Notes: generated by a model not told the origin, from the sequence alone. A DNA stretch of 61,605 nucleotides, filler included, from an uncultured bacterium (GCA_964449065.1; 20 parts of 20 records of this genome joined end to end with filler, not necessarily neighbours in it), one strand, 5' to 3'; positions 28,703 to 40,309 are shown, counted from the first letter of the whole stretch. Numbers and translations: made by a program.

Positions 28703-30796
28703 TTATTTGTAATGTAAATAACCCGGAACATGCGAAGTGTTTTGATCGATGAACGTTGCGAGGTCTTTGATGCGGATCACATCACTGCGGGTGACAATCT
28801 TGCTGCCATCCGGGGAAAACTCCGGCGTGCCGTCATCACGAAATTTACCAATCACTTCTCCAGATGCAAGATCCCAAAGTATAATTTCAGGGGGAAATGA
28901 CGTAAAGGTATTATGCCCCAATTGAAACAGTCTCTGCCCCCGGCTGATCAGATACTTTGAATCCGGCGAAAATCTTGGGGACTCCAATCGAAAACTGTTG
29001 AGGTAAAGCGTGTGCACCAATTCGCCTGTGGAGGTATCGGTGAGAAAAAACTTAGCCGGGTCCTCTTTACTCGCACTTACTCCCGTTAATGCATATTGAC
29101 CGTTCGGTGAAAATAATAAGTCGGATATGGAAGGAAATATAACACGACGCGGATCATCAATGATAAATTGTTGCAGAAGTTCCTCTGTTTCTAAGTCTAA
29201 AAGTTTGAAAGTGAATATACCCGCTAGAAAAGGTTGTTGTTCATCATCCCGAAACAAAAGTGTGCTCCCATCGAAGGATAATTCAAAATCGACTCGATTT
29301 ACAAGTCTTGTTATTGAGTTTAATTCTTCACCGGTGAATATATCCCACCGGCGGATTTGAATCTCAAATTCAAATCCATCCTCTTTTACTTCATTTTCAT
29401 CTTCGGCTTTACGTACCACCGTCACGATACGTTTGCCATTGCCGGACAGATCGAACCCGAAACCATCACCCGATTCTACGATAGGGTTGAAATCCAGTTG
29501 GTTGATTATCTCGCCCGTTTCCAAATCCAGCACATCCATTTGACGGTTGGATATCCCCGTCACGCCCCAGGCTTGATCACCATCCGCGAAGGTTTGCGCA
29601 ATGCGTTGAAACGAATCCGGCAAGGTGCGAAGGCGTATCCATTTTTCCGTATCCCACAATTCGGTTTGGCCGCCCTGTTGGATGATGGCGCTTTTGCCGT
29701 CGGGCATATATTCAAAATGGGTGATATTGGGCACAATTGGAAACGCAAACACCTGTTGGTTTTCAAATACATTCCATACTTCCAGCTTTGCGCTGTTTTG
29801 CGCCACGGCAAACATCCCGCTCTCTGTTGCACGAATTTGCTGGATGGGTAATTCAATGTCCAACAAGTCTTGGCGTTGCAAGGTGGTCATATCCCAAGCT
29901 GCAAGTTGGCCGTTGTTGTTGCCTGCCACCAGAGTTTGCCCATCTGGTGTAAACGCAAGTGCAGTGACTTCTCCTTCAAATGATAATGTTTGATCAACTT
30001 GGCTGGATTCGATATCAACAAATTGGATTTCGCCATCTTTTTCACCTACTACCAATGATGAACTGTCGGGAGAAAATTGAATGGTATTCGCATCAAACCG
30101 GAAAGCCGTACCTTCAACAAAACTGGTAATATCGGGTATAGTTTTTTTGTGGGCTAAAGTTGTGCTATCAATAACAGTAAACCTCGACATATTAAACTCT
30201 ATTAATACAATATTTCGTCCATCTGGCGAGACTTCTGCTTTAATGTTAAAATTACTGATCGTACGAATGTTACTGTCAAATCTTGAATCTTCTTTGAATG
30301 GTTCCCATAATAAGTCGCCACAACTCGAATTTGTTGGAATTACCAAGCGTTGCCCATCACTAAGAAATGCCGGTTTTAGTGCAGAAATACTTCCTTCGCA
30401 AGGTGATCCTCCTGAGATATCTAAAACATTGATTGTTTCACTAGTGTTTAGGTGTTGAAATATACCCATTTTAGTGAACTCACGACTTAAAAACCCGGTA
30501 AAAAGATATTCATTATTTGGAGATATGGCGATTGATGTGATTAATTTATCCGGAAACGCTCTTTCAAATGGCAAAATTTTTCCATCTATCATATTATAGA
30601 TAAACACATCCTTACCGGCACTGATTGCCACCAGGCTGCCGTCTTGCGATAAATCCGACGCTCTAATTTCCCCGACGCCTAATATCACTTCATCATTGTT
30701 TATGATGATGGGAATCTCTTGGGCGGCAGTATTTTGAACAGCTAAGAAGCAAAAAGCCGTCAACAGTAGAGTATATATGTTAAATATTTTGTTCAT
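28703..30796 (-). CDS. Secreted WD40/beta-propeller repeat protein
   Basis: Signal peptide; repeated FSPDG/SPDS/LAFTPDG motifs with W-D ends. Confidence 0.9.
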   Translation of the reverse strand: MNKIFNIYTLLLTAFCFLAVQNTAAQEIPIIINNDEVILGVGEIRASDLSQDGSLVAISAGKDVFIYNMIDGKILPFERAFPDKLITSIAISPNNEYLFTGFLSREFTKMGIFQHLNTSETINVLDISGGSPCEGSISALKPAFLSDGQRLVIPTNSSCGDLLWEPFKEDSRFDSNIRTISNFNIKAEVSPDGRNIVLIEFNMSRFTVIDSTTLAHKKTIPDITSFVEGTAFRFDANTIQFSPDSSSLVVGEKDGEIQFVDIESSQVDQTLSFEGEVTALAFTPDGQTLVAGNNNGQLAAWDMTTLQRQDLLDIELPIQQIRATESGMFAVAQNSAKLEVWNVFENQQVFAFPIVPNITHFEYMPDGKSAIIQQGGQTELWDTEKWIRLRTLPDSFQRIAQTFADGDQAWGVTGISNRQMDVLDLETGEIINQLDFNPIVESGDGFGFDLSGNGKRIVTVVRKAEDENEVKEDGFEFEIQIRRWDIFTGEELNSITRLVNRVDFELSFDGSTLLFRDDEQQPFLAGIFTFKLLDLETEELLQQFIIDDPRRVIFPSISDLLFSPNGQYALTGVSASKEDPAKFFLTDTSTGELVHTLYLNSFRLESPRFSPDSKYLISRGQRLFQLGHNTFTSFPPEIILWDLASGEVIGKFRDDGTPEFSPDGSKIVTRSDVIRIKDLATFIDQNTSHVPGYLHYK

Positions 30797-30850
30797 GTTT
30801 TTTCAGCCTTGTGATACTATAAAGTCGTTTCTCATTTTTGCCAGAAAACC

Positions 30851-30877
30851 GCAAGGGGTGGACTTTCCACCCCTTGC
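30851..30877. repeat. Perfect 12-bp-stem hairpin (REP- or terminator-like)
   Basis: GCAAGGGGTGGA-CTT-TCCACCCCTTGC. Confidence 0.6.
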
Positions 30878-31002
30878 CTGCACATTCATTAGCGAACGTT
30901 CCATATCACTTGTTGCCCATTGTTGGCCATACGGTAACTGATGCGGTCTGTGGTGGATTCGAGTACTGATTTTTCCGGTGTCTTTGCAATAAAATAAAGA
31001 GT

Positions 31003-31612
31003 TTATTTGAATTGAATCCATTTGTCCTTATCCCACCCTGAGGTTTGCTGCGGCACGCCTGCAAACGCCCATACACGCCCGCCGGATGAAACGGCGGCCC
31101 CCGAGGTTTCGTTTGGATTAAAGGCCGAGAATAAAATATCCGTGATGCCATCGCCGTTAAAATCACCCACCGATAACGCCTGGGTAAGTACGGTTTCAAT
31201 CGGATTTTGCACCGGCTCGCCTAAGATCACTTCAATCTTGGGTTTTCGTTCTATCGTTTGGATCAATTTTGGATTATTATTTTCATCCAGTTTGAAGATT
31301 TGAAACGCTTCCGCTGCTAATGCTTCTTCTTTCGTGCTGGTGTCTCCGATCACAACTATCGGAAATGAGATATCTTGCCCTGAAGTAGCCGATTGATCTT
31401 GAAACGGAAATAGATGCGTGACACGGCTTATTTGCCGTTTGCCTGGGATCATAATCGGCATGGCACGAGATAAATCGGGAACCGGCAAGCGTGACAGAAT
31501 ACGATCCACCAAAAAGGGAAACGCGATCACCGCTAAATCACTTTCCGCTTCCGTTTCCACACTGACCATGAGCGGGTCAAACAATACATCCACCGGGCGG
31601 ATCACACCTTCA
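31003..31612 (-). CDS. FG-GAP/VCBS-repeat protein, C-terminal part
   Basis: VGDFNGDGITDILFSA...GRVWAFAG. Confidence 0.75.
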
Positions 31613-31712
31613 NNNNNNNNNNNNNNNNNNNNNNNNNNNNNNNNNNNNNNNNNNNNTTAATTAATTAANNNNNNNNNNNNNNNNNNNNNNNNNNNNNNNN
31701 NNNNNNNNNNNN

Positions 31713-33980
31713 CGACCAATCCCCCAGCGGCTGTCCGTCGCTTTTATTGACCACCCGCCATGAATAGACCAACTCATCCTGTGGGGTTTCGTTCCACGCG
31801 TCCCGCCCTTGAACAGAAAACACCGCGCGGTCATTGGGATACACGTTCTCGCTGCCGGTATTGATTGTGACACGCGGCGCCTGGCGTTCCGGTTGAAACT
31901 TGGTTATAGATAGGAAGTTAAAAATCCAAATCACACCGCTTTGATCTTCATACAGCGAAATAACTTCGGTTTCCGGAGCGCCATCCGAGGCGTCATACTT
32001 TACCCAGCGCCCGTCTTTATAAGACATCACCCCGCCTGAATACAGCCCCGCCCACAGCGTGCCTTCCGAGGCACTCAATAGCGCGTTAATATCTTCCGCG
32101 GGCATGCCGTCTTGGTGAGAAAGATGACGCCATTTGCTTTCGTCATCATTATCGTCATAAATATAAATGCCGCCTCCTATGGTGCCGATACACACCGCCC
32201 CGTTGTGTTCGATCATATCTTGGATTTGGTGCGTGTTGTTTCGGTATTCTTCCGGCATCTCCAACAATGTGCCGCTGCCGTCTTTCCATACCTCAATCCA
32301 GTTGTCGCCGCCGAACCAATATTCTCCCGCCTGGGTTTTGAGCATCGCGGTAACAAGCTTATTTTCACGCTCTTGCGTCTGCGGCTGCTTCACCCAGTTC
32401 TTTCCATCCCAGCGGTAAGCGCCGTGATCATAGAGGACCCAAAGTTCATCTTCTTCAAGATGGTATATTTTATGAATGAGTGTATCGTATGGATAATCCG
32501 CAATGATGGGGAGATGAGGCAGTTTTTTGACCGAGATCGGATCGGTGGTACGAATTTCATACACACCAACTGTGGCGGTATCATATTGTGATTCATCTGG
32601 AGTATAAATTTTATGTATCATTACATAAAACACCTGATCGGTGGCGGGAAAAGCTGAAGAACGGGGAATTTCTAGTCGGTTCGGTTCCAACAACTCACCC
32701 AGATAGCGCCAATGGTCTGTGTGTAAGCCGTAAATATTGATGATTCTGGGATCATCTACAACGTAAAGTGAATTCTTATCCGGTTTTTGCTGTTCATGGT
32801 ACAATCGAATTTGCAACAGGCTGCCTTGAGGATTTTGTGCTAAATACCTGGAAACATCTCGTTTCTTTTTCTTTCCATCATCTTCGCTATTATGCCACAA
32901 GGATGGAGAAAAGCGGTAGGCGCCGTTTTTGGTTCCCACCCATACCGTCCCATCACTCATCTTGGTCAGACAGCGAATGTATTGATCGCTTTCTTCTTGA
33001 TCCAGATAAATTTGTTTATAAGGATATTCATGATAAATTATCGAGCCTTTTGGATATTGCAAAATTAGTTTTTGGGTGGATCCATACAAAATAAAACCAT
33101 CCAACGCAAGGATTGCCAAACGGGGGCCGAATGGAACTAGATGGCTATTTTTCACCCCGTCTTTAGTGATGTGATAGTTAAATTCATTTACACCGGCATA
33201 GATGCCTTCTTGGGGATGCAGTTCGATATCAAAAATTAGGTTTTTCTCTGGGTGTTCTTTTTTCAATAAATCCGTCCAGCTTTGCCGGCTGCCATCCGGC
33301 GCCAGCATCACCACGCCATAGCCGTTCACACCCATCCAAAGATTGCCTTCGCGGTCAAACACCAAATCTTCAATGCCGCCATCGCGGTCATATTCACTAT
33401 AACCGAGTGGATACACATCCCCGTTTTCTTCATAAGGGAAACCGGTTGCGTTCGGCTTGAGCCGGATGGTGAAGAGTTGAAAGTCATAAGCGCCAATCCA
33501 CACGGTGCCTTCCGTGTCAATCGCGACGGAAAGGCAATTGGCGTTTATGCTGCCGGGGAAGTCTTCTTTTTGGTAGCCGAAAATCTCTCCATCCGGGGCG
33601 ATGTAATTAATGCCTTCCCAATTGCAAACCCAGATGCCGCCGAAGCGGTCCATCGCCATACGGCGGGTTTTGTTGGAATATAAGCCATCCTGCATGGTGA
33701 TGAAGCGGGTTTGGATGCCGTCGAAATGCGCCAAACCGCCGCCCCAGGTCGATATCCACACCGAGCCGTTTTGCCCTTCAATGATGTGGCGGGCGTAAGG
33801 ATGGGGCAAATCTGTGGGGGCGTGAAACCCGTGTATCCCCCAATTGGGCGGCTGTAAAAAGCGCCATTCTTCCTGGTTTACCGCTTTTTCCGGGTCCCAG
33901 TCATCTGCCGCCGCAGGATGAGAGAATACCATCAAACAAATAAATAAGTCGCACAATAGCCGGATGATACGCTTGTTCAT
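31713..33980 (-). CDS. Periplasmic ligand-binding beta-propeller (Reg_prop) of a hybrid two-component sensor-like protein, 3'-truncated
   Basis: Signal peptide; repeats GSVWISTWGGGL, GGIWV, GTVWIG, GNLWMG, GTVWVGT; Y_Y_Y-like region at the contig edge. Confidence 0.85.
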
Positions 33981-34026
33981 GGTACGGTTATTATGCATGG
34001 AATTTATTTTGTGTCTATCATCGTTT

Positions 34027-34165
34027 ATGATATTACGCAAATATTATGCATTATGATATGCGCATTATTCTAATCCTTCGCTATATCTATCGCCCCCGCC
34101 CATCGGGAGAGAGTCGGTGTGAGGGGTATGGTGATCTGCTCTCCAAAAATTGAACAAGGCGTTAA
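34027..34165. mobile_element. Degenerate MITE family A copy (boundaries approximate)
   Basis: TTACGCA..CATTATGATATG..TTCTAATC.TTCGCT..ATCTATCGCCC.CGCCCA matches 22175-22238. Confidence 0.6.
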
Positions 34166-34309
34166 TTGGAAGATATTGCTGCCAGATTTCATTTTACCAT
34201 CACAGCAATGAAACCATGCATTTTCTGTTGTACCTACAAGATTTTTATCCAAGCATTCTTCTCGAGTATCTGAGTTACAAAGAAATATAAAAATCTCTGA
34301 TTGAACCAT
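34165..34309 (-). pseudogene. DCD/EVE-like (PUA-fold) domain N-terminus, truncated by MITE
   Basis: AGGAGG RBS; IFIFLCNSDTREECLDKNLVG; the frame then runs into repeat sequence. Confidence 0.5.
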
Positions 34310-34813
34310 TCTCACCTCCTTGAAAAATATCAAAACTATAACACTCACACCATCCGAATAAAACCATATAAGGAGTATTTCAACAATGATTTGCGCATAC
34401 TCATTTTGTCGCAATACAAGGCTACCTGCATTTCAATGTTTTAGATTGTTAATACCTATCTGGATCCTTTTCACACACTTTAGAAAAGTCGGTTTCATGA
34501 CCGTACTCAAATAGAATTAGCATAGAAACACCCCATACACACGAATCCAAAAGCAACTTCAATTGGATATACCTGCCAATTGTGTTTCAACAGTTTCGTG
34601 AGCAGCCAACCGGCTGGCATACACCAAGCAGGCTTGAATATCCTCTTTTTCCAACCAGGGGTAACCGGATANNNNNNNNNNNNNNNNNNNNNNNNNNNNN
34701 NNNNNNNNNNNNNNNTTAATTAATTAANNNNNNNNNNNNNNNNNNNNNNNNNNNNNNNNNNNNNNNNNNNNACAACCTCATTGAAGCATTAGACTTGTTC
34801 CCGAACAGTTGAC

Positions 34814-35038
34814 TCATAACGATGCTACCGAAACCACCGGCGAGGGCGAACCCAGATTGGGATCGCGGTTAAGGCGCGAACCGGTGACGATGATCGTCTC
34901 CTTGTCGGCCTCCTCCTCTGTCTCGGTGACTTCCTGCGCATGCGCGGGCGAGGCCATCAGGGCGAGGCCCGATACCGAGAGCAGCGACGCCGCAATCAGC
35001 TTTCCCCGGACCTTTCGGTTATTGGTGTTGTAGTTCAT
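34814..35038 (-). pseudogene. TonB-dependent receptor N-terminus ending in a premature stop near the contig edge
   Basis: Signal ...ASPAHAQ, TonB box ETIIVTGSR, SPSPVVSV then stop. Confidence 0.7.
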
Positions 35039-35816
35039 CGCTACCCCCTGTCTTTTCGTTTGGGTTCCATGTTTTCGTGGTCCCTCTCCCAGGCGGAGCG
35101 ATCTTTGCGTTCGCTTCCATATTATTGTTTTCGTGTAGGTCTTGCCCCTCGGGCGCGCGCAGCGCGGCGCGAAAGGTGCGCTTGACGAGGTAGGGTTCGA
35201 GCACCCTGCCCACCGCGTAGATCAGCGCGAAAATCCCTGCGAGGACATAGGCTGTCTCGGGCGAGTGGCGGCCCTTTACCTCGTCTTCTTCGGCATCCTC
35301 GCGCCCGTCGCCGTCCTTGGCTCGGGAGGCGTCCTTCTCCTCCTCGTCCGCCCCCTTGGGCTCGGGCGCGCCGAGCATCTGGTCGATCCAGTGCAATTCG
35401 ACGGGCTTGTCCTTCTCGGCCTCTTTCTCCGCCTTCTTCTCGGCCTGCTCGGCGGCAAGTGCGGGCTTCTCGATCTCGTTGATGAAGGCGGCCAAGCCTC
35501 CGATGGCCAGAAACAGCAACGGCGCAAGGCAACACAGGAACAGCGCGGTGCTGCCCAACTCCCAGCTCAGCCGGGTGTGGTATTCGCGTTGCTCAACCAG
35601 CAGTGCCCCGCTGGTGAAGGTCGCAAGCTTGTCCTGCGCGGCGGGGTTTTTCTTCTCGTATTCAAGCGCATCGCCATCGACCGAATAATGCGTGCCCTGC
35701 GTTGCGAACAACGGATCGAGCCGGGCAAAGACTTCGTGCGACGGCAGCGGTTCGTCGAGCGCGAGCGAGCCCCTGACGCGCCAGATCCGTTCAACGAGAG
35801 GCAATCGAAGTCTCAT
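35019..35816 (-). CDS. Hypothetical membrane protein
   Basis: Two hydrophobic segments flanking a charged loop; GC-rich coding bias. Confidence 0.7.
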   Translation of the reverse strand: MRLRLPLVERIWRVRGSLALDEPLPSHEVFARLDPLFATQGTHYSVDGDALEYEKKNPAAQDKLATFTSGALLVEQREYHTRLSWELGSTALFLCCLAPLLFLAIGGLAAFINEIEKPALAAEQAEKKAEKEAEKDKPVELHWIDQMLGAPEPKGADEEEKDASRAKDGDGREDAEEDEVKGRHSPETAYVLAGIFALIYAVGRVLEPYLVKRTFRAALRAPEGQDLHENNNMEANAKIAPPGRGTTKTWNPNEKTGGSDELQHQ

Positions 35817-35943
35817 GGTCTGTCTGCGTCTCCTCGAATGGCAAAGCTTCGCCGTCCCCGCCTTGGCGGGTTCAAAAAACTGCCTCTCGCGATAGGCTCC
35901 GGCTTACAGCGGAGCGGTGGAACCAGCCTGTGCTGTTACGCTG

Positions 35944-36948
35944 TTATTCGGCCGGTTCTTGCTGATGTTGAGGCGTGCCGGCCGATTTCATGCGTTCGGA
36001 CGCGGCCTTGTAGGATTTCATCCCTTCGCGGAACGGGAACAGCATGGTCTCCCCAATATCCATCCGGCGTCCGCCATCCATGCCCAGCAATTCGGCTTCG
36101 CCATCAACACAGGTGCCGAAGAGGCGATCCCAGATGATCCAGGTGCCCGAATAATTGCTGCGGGTCGCTTCGTAATCCTGCGAGTGGTGGACGCTATGAT
36201 GCTCCACCGTGTTGAAGATATAGCGCCACCAGGCCGGCGTGTTGAAGCGCACATTGATATGCTGGTAGATCGAAACGGTCATCCCGATCGCCCCTGCCAG
36301 CAGGAAGGCGCGCGGCAGGAAGTCAAAGAAACCGCCCACACCCAGCCCGATCAGGAACAGCTCGATCGGATTGCCGACCGCGCCCTTGTTGATGTTCAAC
36401 TGAGTAATGTAGTGGTGCGGCGCGTGGGTCAGCCACAGCGGATACCAATTGTGCATCCCGCGATGCATCCAGTATTGCCCGAAATCGAAGATCATCGAGA
36501 TCAGCAGCGCCTGCAACAGCAGCGGGAGGCCGGTGAACCAACTGAAATCGCTCCACTGGAACGCGCCCTGGATCGCCTCGACGATGACGCCGTCGCCGAT
36601 ATATTGATCGACCATGCGCAGGATCGTGTACCCCAGCGCCACGTAGAACACGTCGGTCGCAAATTCCTTCCAGGTCAGCTTCCAGCTGTCATAGCGCGGG
36701 TTGACCCATTCGAGCCCCAGCAGCAGAGCCTTGAAACACAGACCGATGATGAACGCGGTTGAGGCGACCGCCAGATCGTTGGGCGCCCAGTAGAAGAACG
36801 CGATCATCGAAAACAGGAAAAACGGCTGGAAATAGGTGAACACGAATTGCTTGATCGGGCCGCCCTCGACCTTGCCGATGTTTTCCCACCCGACAGTGAC
36901 GGGCGCATCCGCCCCGATAATCCGATTTCCTACCTGCACGCCAGCCAT
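35944..36948 (-). CDS. Sterol desaturase/fatty acid hydroxylase family protein
   Basis: His boxes YWMHRGMH, HAPHH, HIN, HHSVHH; NYS..WIIWDRLFGT. Confidence 0.93.
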   Translation of the reverse strand: MAGVQVGNRIIGADAPVTVGWENIGKVEGGPIKQFVFTYFQPFFLFSMIAFFYWAPNDLAVASTAFIIGLCFKALLLGLEWVNPRYDSWKLTWKEFATDVFYVALGYTILRMVDQYIGDGVIVEAIQGAFQWSDFSWFTGLPLLLQALLISMIFDFGQYWMHRGMHNWYPLWLTHAPHHYITQLNINKGAVGNPIELFLIGLGVGGFFDFLPRAFLLAGAIGMTVSIYQHINVRFNTPAWWRYIFNTVEHHSVHHSQDYEATRSNYSGTWIIWDRLFGTCVDGEAELLGMDGGRRMDIGETMLFPFREGMKSYKAASERMKSAGTPQHQQEPAE

Positions 36949-37171
36949 GGTGTTCACCCCTGTTTGGTAGGCCATGAGCCCGAGATATAACGGCGCACCA
37001 ACCGGCGAACCCGGTTCGTGCATCTTTCCTCTCTCCCGTGCGCTTTGTTTATCGCTCTGTGACAAGGCGTATCGATATTAACGAGAGCGTCAAGTGTAAC
37101 ATTACTCCCTGGGGACAAGGTGCAAATTTTTTGTTGCAGTTTTGACGCAGTCGCGCAATTTTATTACTCAA

Positions 37172-37712
37172 TCACACACTATCGATATAGGCGCGCCACC
37201 CGCCCAGTTCCGAAATGTCTGTAGCGCCACGGGTCGCGCGCGGTTCGGCGACGAAGCCTTTGACGCTTGAACCGTCCGCAAGCGTCACCGTGCCGATTGC
37301 CAGCGGCGCGGGAACCTCGGCGGTGAAGCTGCCGAATTCGGCCATGCCAAGCTCGTAAACCTCGACCTTGATCGCCACGCCATCCTCGGCGTGAACCAGC
37401 GCAGGCTTGGGCGGCACGCTGTCGGCCATGGCATACAGGCGATAGGTCGGCGCGGTTTCGAACGCGCCCACGAAGGCGGCGTTGCGCGAGGTCAATTGCC
37501 AGTGCAGCGGCATATCTTTCAGATGCGCGCCAACCACGGCGAGTTTTACAGTGTCCATTCTTCCCTCCCAATCGAGCGGTGGCAGCGCGGGCAATTGCGC
37601 CGTGTCGAGATAGCTCTGGCCTGCATCAAGCAGCGCGTGATCGCTGTGCGCCGGGCCGATCAGCGTGATGCCAAAGCCCGTCGCGTTTTCGCGCGCGCCC
37701 GCCGGAACTGCG
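37172..37712 (-). CDS. atzF: Allophanate hydrolase, C-terminal part
   Basis: Frame open to the contig edge: AVPAG..FGITLIGPA..D then LAVVGAHL..MPLHWQL, PAPLAIGTVTLADG..VKGF, GGWRAY. Confidence 0.9.
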
Positions 37713-37941
37713 NNNNNNNNNNNNNNNNNNNNNNNNNNNNNNNNNNNNNNNNNNNNTTAATTAATTAANNNNNNNNNNNNNNNNNNNNNNNNNNNNNNNN
37801 NNNNNNNNNNNNATTCATATCCAGCCAAGGTTTGCCGGTTTTTTCCTGGGACTGGGCGTTGGGTAGGATTGAAACGAGAATGATTGAGAGGGTAATGCTG
37901 GGAAGGATTGATTTCATCGTTATCCTAGTTCCTTTTCGATT

Positions 37942-38442
37942 TTATTGAGGCGCCCCAACCCGGTAGATATCGCCGTTGCTGATGATTCCATTGGAGGTGT
38001 CGTAGTGCAGTGTCTCCAACTCCATGTCGCTGTCCGGTGCGTAGCTAAACAGCACATAGATTTCGCCCAATACGGGATCGCTGACATAATGGATGTAAGG
38101 GCCGTCGATTCCAAAGATTCCGCCGGCAAACCGGTCCGGTAATTCCTTGATGAATGGATCTTTGGGGATGGATGATAGATACGGTACCGGTGTGGTGAGT
38201 TTCCATGTGTAAGCCACAGCATCGGGATTCATGAAAGGGTGTTTGCTGGGAGGGTATTCGTTATGGTCGATCTGATATTGATCCAAACCGACGGAAACGG
38301 CGCGGAGATCGGCCAACACCCCAGCCACTTTGGCTTTGATTTGCGCGTTCATGAAATTGGGGACGGCAATGGCCGCCAAGATACCGATGATGGCGACAAC
38401 GATTAAAAGTTCGATTAATGTAAATCCATTTTTGTATGCCAT
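37942..38442 (-). CDS. Prepilin-type N-terminal cleavage/methylation protein (GspG-like)
   Basis: KNG|FTLIELLIVVAIIGILAAIAVPNF; paralogue of 4408..5010. Confidence 0.92.
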   Translation of the reverse strand: MAYKNGFTLIELLIVVAIIGILAAIAVPNFMNAQIKAKVAGVLADLRAVSVGLDQYQIDHNEYPPSKHPFMNPDAVAYTWKLTTPVPYLSSIPKDPFIKELPDRFAGGIFGIDGPYIHYVSDPVLGEIYVLFSYAPDSDMELETLHYDTSNGIISNGDIYRVGAPQ

Positions 38443-38504
38443 AACATATCCGAAACCGTATGATGCAGGTATAATCCTTTGTATCAACCGTTGAGGAGTT
38501 ATCA

Positions 38505-39350
38505 ATGAAGCACGTGATACTATGCACGTATTTTATCGTATTGGCAATGGTTTGTTCCGGTCAAGTTCCGCTGACTGTGGTGGGCTGGAACGTCGAGCAA
38601 GGCTACAAACCGGAAGCGGAAATCACCTGGATTGAAGACCGCCTAACGGAAATAGACCGCGTGGATATTTGGGGGCTGACGGAAATTTCACGGGAGTATG
38701 TGGATGAATACACGTCAGCCATCGAAGCGGATGAAGGCAGCCCCTTTGCCGCGGTTGTCTCTGAAATGACGCACGGTACCGACCTGATGGCGGTTGTGTA
38801 TGATGCAGACCGGTTTGAAAAATTATGGCACGCCGAGTTGGTGGGCTTTAACTATGCGCTGTCAAAAAACACCCGCTTCCAGCGCCCTCCGCTTGCCGTG
38901 CATTTTAAGGATACGGTTTCCGGCCAGCATTTTGTGGTGATGGTAAACCATTTGGCCCGCGGCAATGAAGACCACCGCCACACCCAAGCCGAACGCTTGC
39001 AGCAGTGGGGAAGCAAACAAAACATCCCCATCATCGCGGTTGGCGACTACAATTTCGATTGGGATGTAGAGAACGGCGACAGCAACCACGATGAAGGTTA
39101 TGACCTCATGACCTCTGGCGGTTTTTTTGCGTGGCTGCGTCCCGGCACGTTAATCCGCACGCAATGCTCGCCCACCAATGCCGGCGGCTGCCGCTACAAC
39201 AGCGTGCTGGATTTTGTGTTTGTGGCAAATGAGGCGAAACAGTGGCAAGGCGTCTCGGAAATCATGGTCAAAGAAGGCGACTTCCCGGATGATGACATCA
39301 AAGCCGACCACCGCCCGGTGATGGCAAAGTTTATTCTTCCCCTAGAGTAA
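38505..39350 (+). CDS. Secreted endonuclease/exonuclease/phosphatase (EEP) family protein
   Basis: VVGWNVE, GLTE, VNHL, VGDYN, LDFVF, DHRPV. Confidence 0.9.
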   Translation: MKHVILCTYFIVLAMVCSGQVPLTVVGWNVEQGYKPEAEITWIEDRLTEIDRVDIWGLTEISREYVDEYTSAIEADEGSPFAAVVSEMTHGTDLMAVVYDADRFEKLWHAELVGFNYALSKNTRFQRPPLAVHFKDTVSGQHFVVMVNHLARGNEDHRHTQAERLQQWGSKQNIPIIAVGDYNFDWDVENGDSNHDEGYDLMTSGGFFAWLRPGTLIRTQCSPTNAGGCRYNSVLDFVFVANEAKQWQGVSEIMVKEGDFPDDDIKADHRPVMAKFILPLE

Positions 39351-39446
39351 TTCGGGTTTGAGTAGATAGAAAAAGATCGTCTTTAATCCCTTCTTAATAA
39401 AGGGGGAAACAACGACAGATTCTGTCTATCCAACTCTGAAACGCTC
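39345..39446. mobile_element. MITE family B copy overlapping the EEP stop codon
   Basis: Reverse-complement homologue of 57229-57338; TA at the left flank. Confidence 0.75.
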
Positions 39447-39618
39447 AAGATTTTTCCTGCAAACCCAACAAAGGCAGATAAAAGTTGCCTTTGCCACCCG
39501 CCACTGATATGAATCTTGGCGGCTTTCGTTATAAAACAAGATTAAATGATTATACATAGCCATTTCCAAATTTTATACTATAATACTAAGTATTATAAAG
39601 AATTTCAGGATTGATTTG

Positions 39619-39993
39619 TTGAGAATCTTCAAAACAAAACCGTTTTTGCAGTTTATGAAACAAGAGAAGATGGATGACTTAACTCTTGTGGAAGCAGTGA
39701 AACAAATTGAGAAAGGCTTAATCGATGCAGATTTGGGAAGCGGAGTTATAAAACAGAGAATTGCCCGTCCGGGAGAAGGAAAATCCGGTGGATACCGCAC
39801 AATTTTGTTGTACAGAGCAAAACATAGAGTATTCTTTGTATATGGATTTGCGAAAAATGAACGCAGCAACATTGGTCAAAAAGAATTAAAAGCATTCAAA
39901 AAATTGGCAGCACTCATGTTGCACTATTCAGATTTGGAGTTGGCAAAGGCAGTAAAAAGTAAAGAATTATTTGAGGTAAAGCATCATGAGTAA
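39619..39993 (+). CDS. Type II TA toxin, RelE/ParE (HigB-like) family
   Basis: GLIDADLGSGVIKQRIARPGEGKSGGYR...FVYGFAKNERSNI. Confidence 0.93.
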   Translation: MRIFKTKPFLQFMKQEKMDDLTLVEAVKQIEKGLIDADLGSGVIKQRIARPGEGKSGGYRTILLYRAKHRVFFVYGFAKNERSNIGQKELKAFKKLAALMLHYSDLELAKAVKSKELFEVKHHE

Positions 39994-40309
39994 AGCAAAA
40001 ACCTATCCCAGCAAAGTGATGGGAGCGATTCACGAAACCGCATCCGGTCTGCACAAAACCGGTATTATGGATAAACAAACCATGCGTGAATTCGATGAAT
40101 TATGCCTGACACCAATTCTGCCTCTTTCTGCCGATGATATTTGTGAAATTCGCAATCGTGAGTGTATGAGCCAAGCGGTGTTTGCCCGTTATCTGAATGT
40201 CACGACAGGTTTGGTCAGTCAATGGGAACGTGGAGTAAAGTGTCCCTCCGGAGCATCATTGAAATTATTAAACATTGTAAAAAATAAAGGAATAGAAGCC
40301 ATTTTATAA
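39986..40309 (+). CDS. HTH antitoxin (HigA-like, Xre family)
   Basis: IHETASGL...TMREFD..CL, SQAVFARYLNVT..LVSQWERG.K.PSG.SLKLL. Confidence 0.93.
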   Translation: MSKAKTYPSKVMGAIHETASGLHKTGIMDKQTMREFDELCLTPILPLSADDICEIRNRECMSQAVFARYLNVTTGLVSQWERGVKCPSGASLKLLNIVKNKGIEAIL

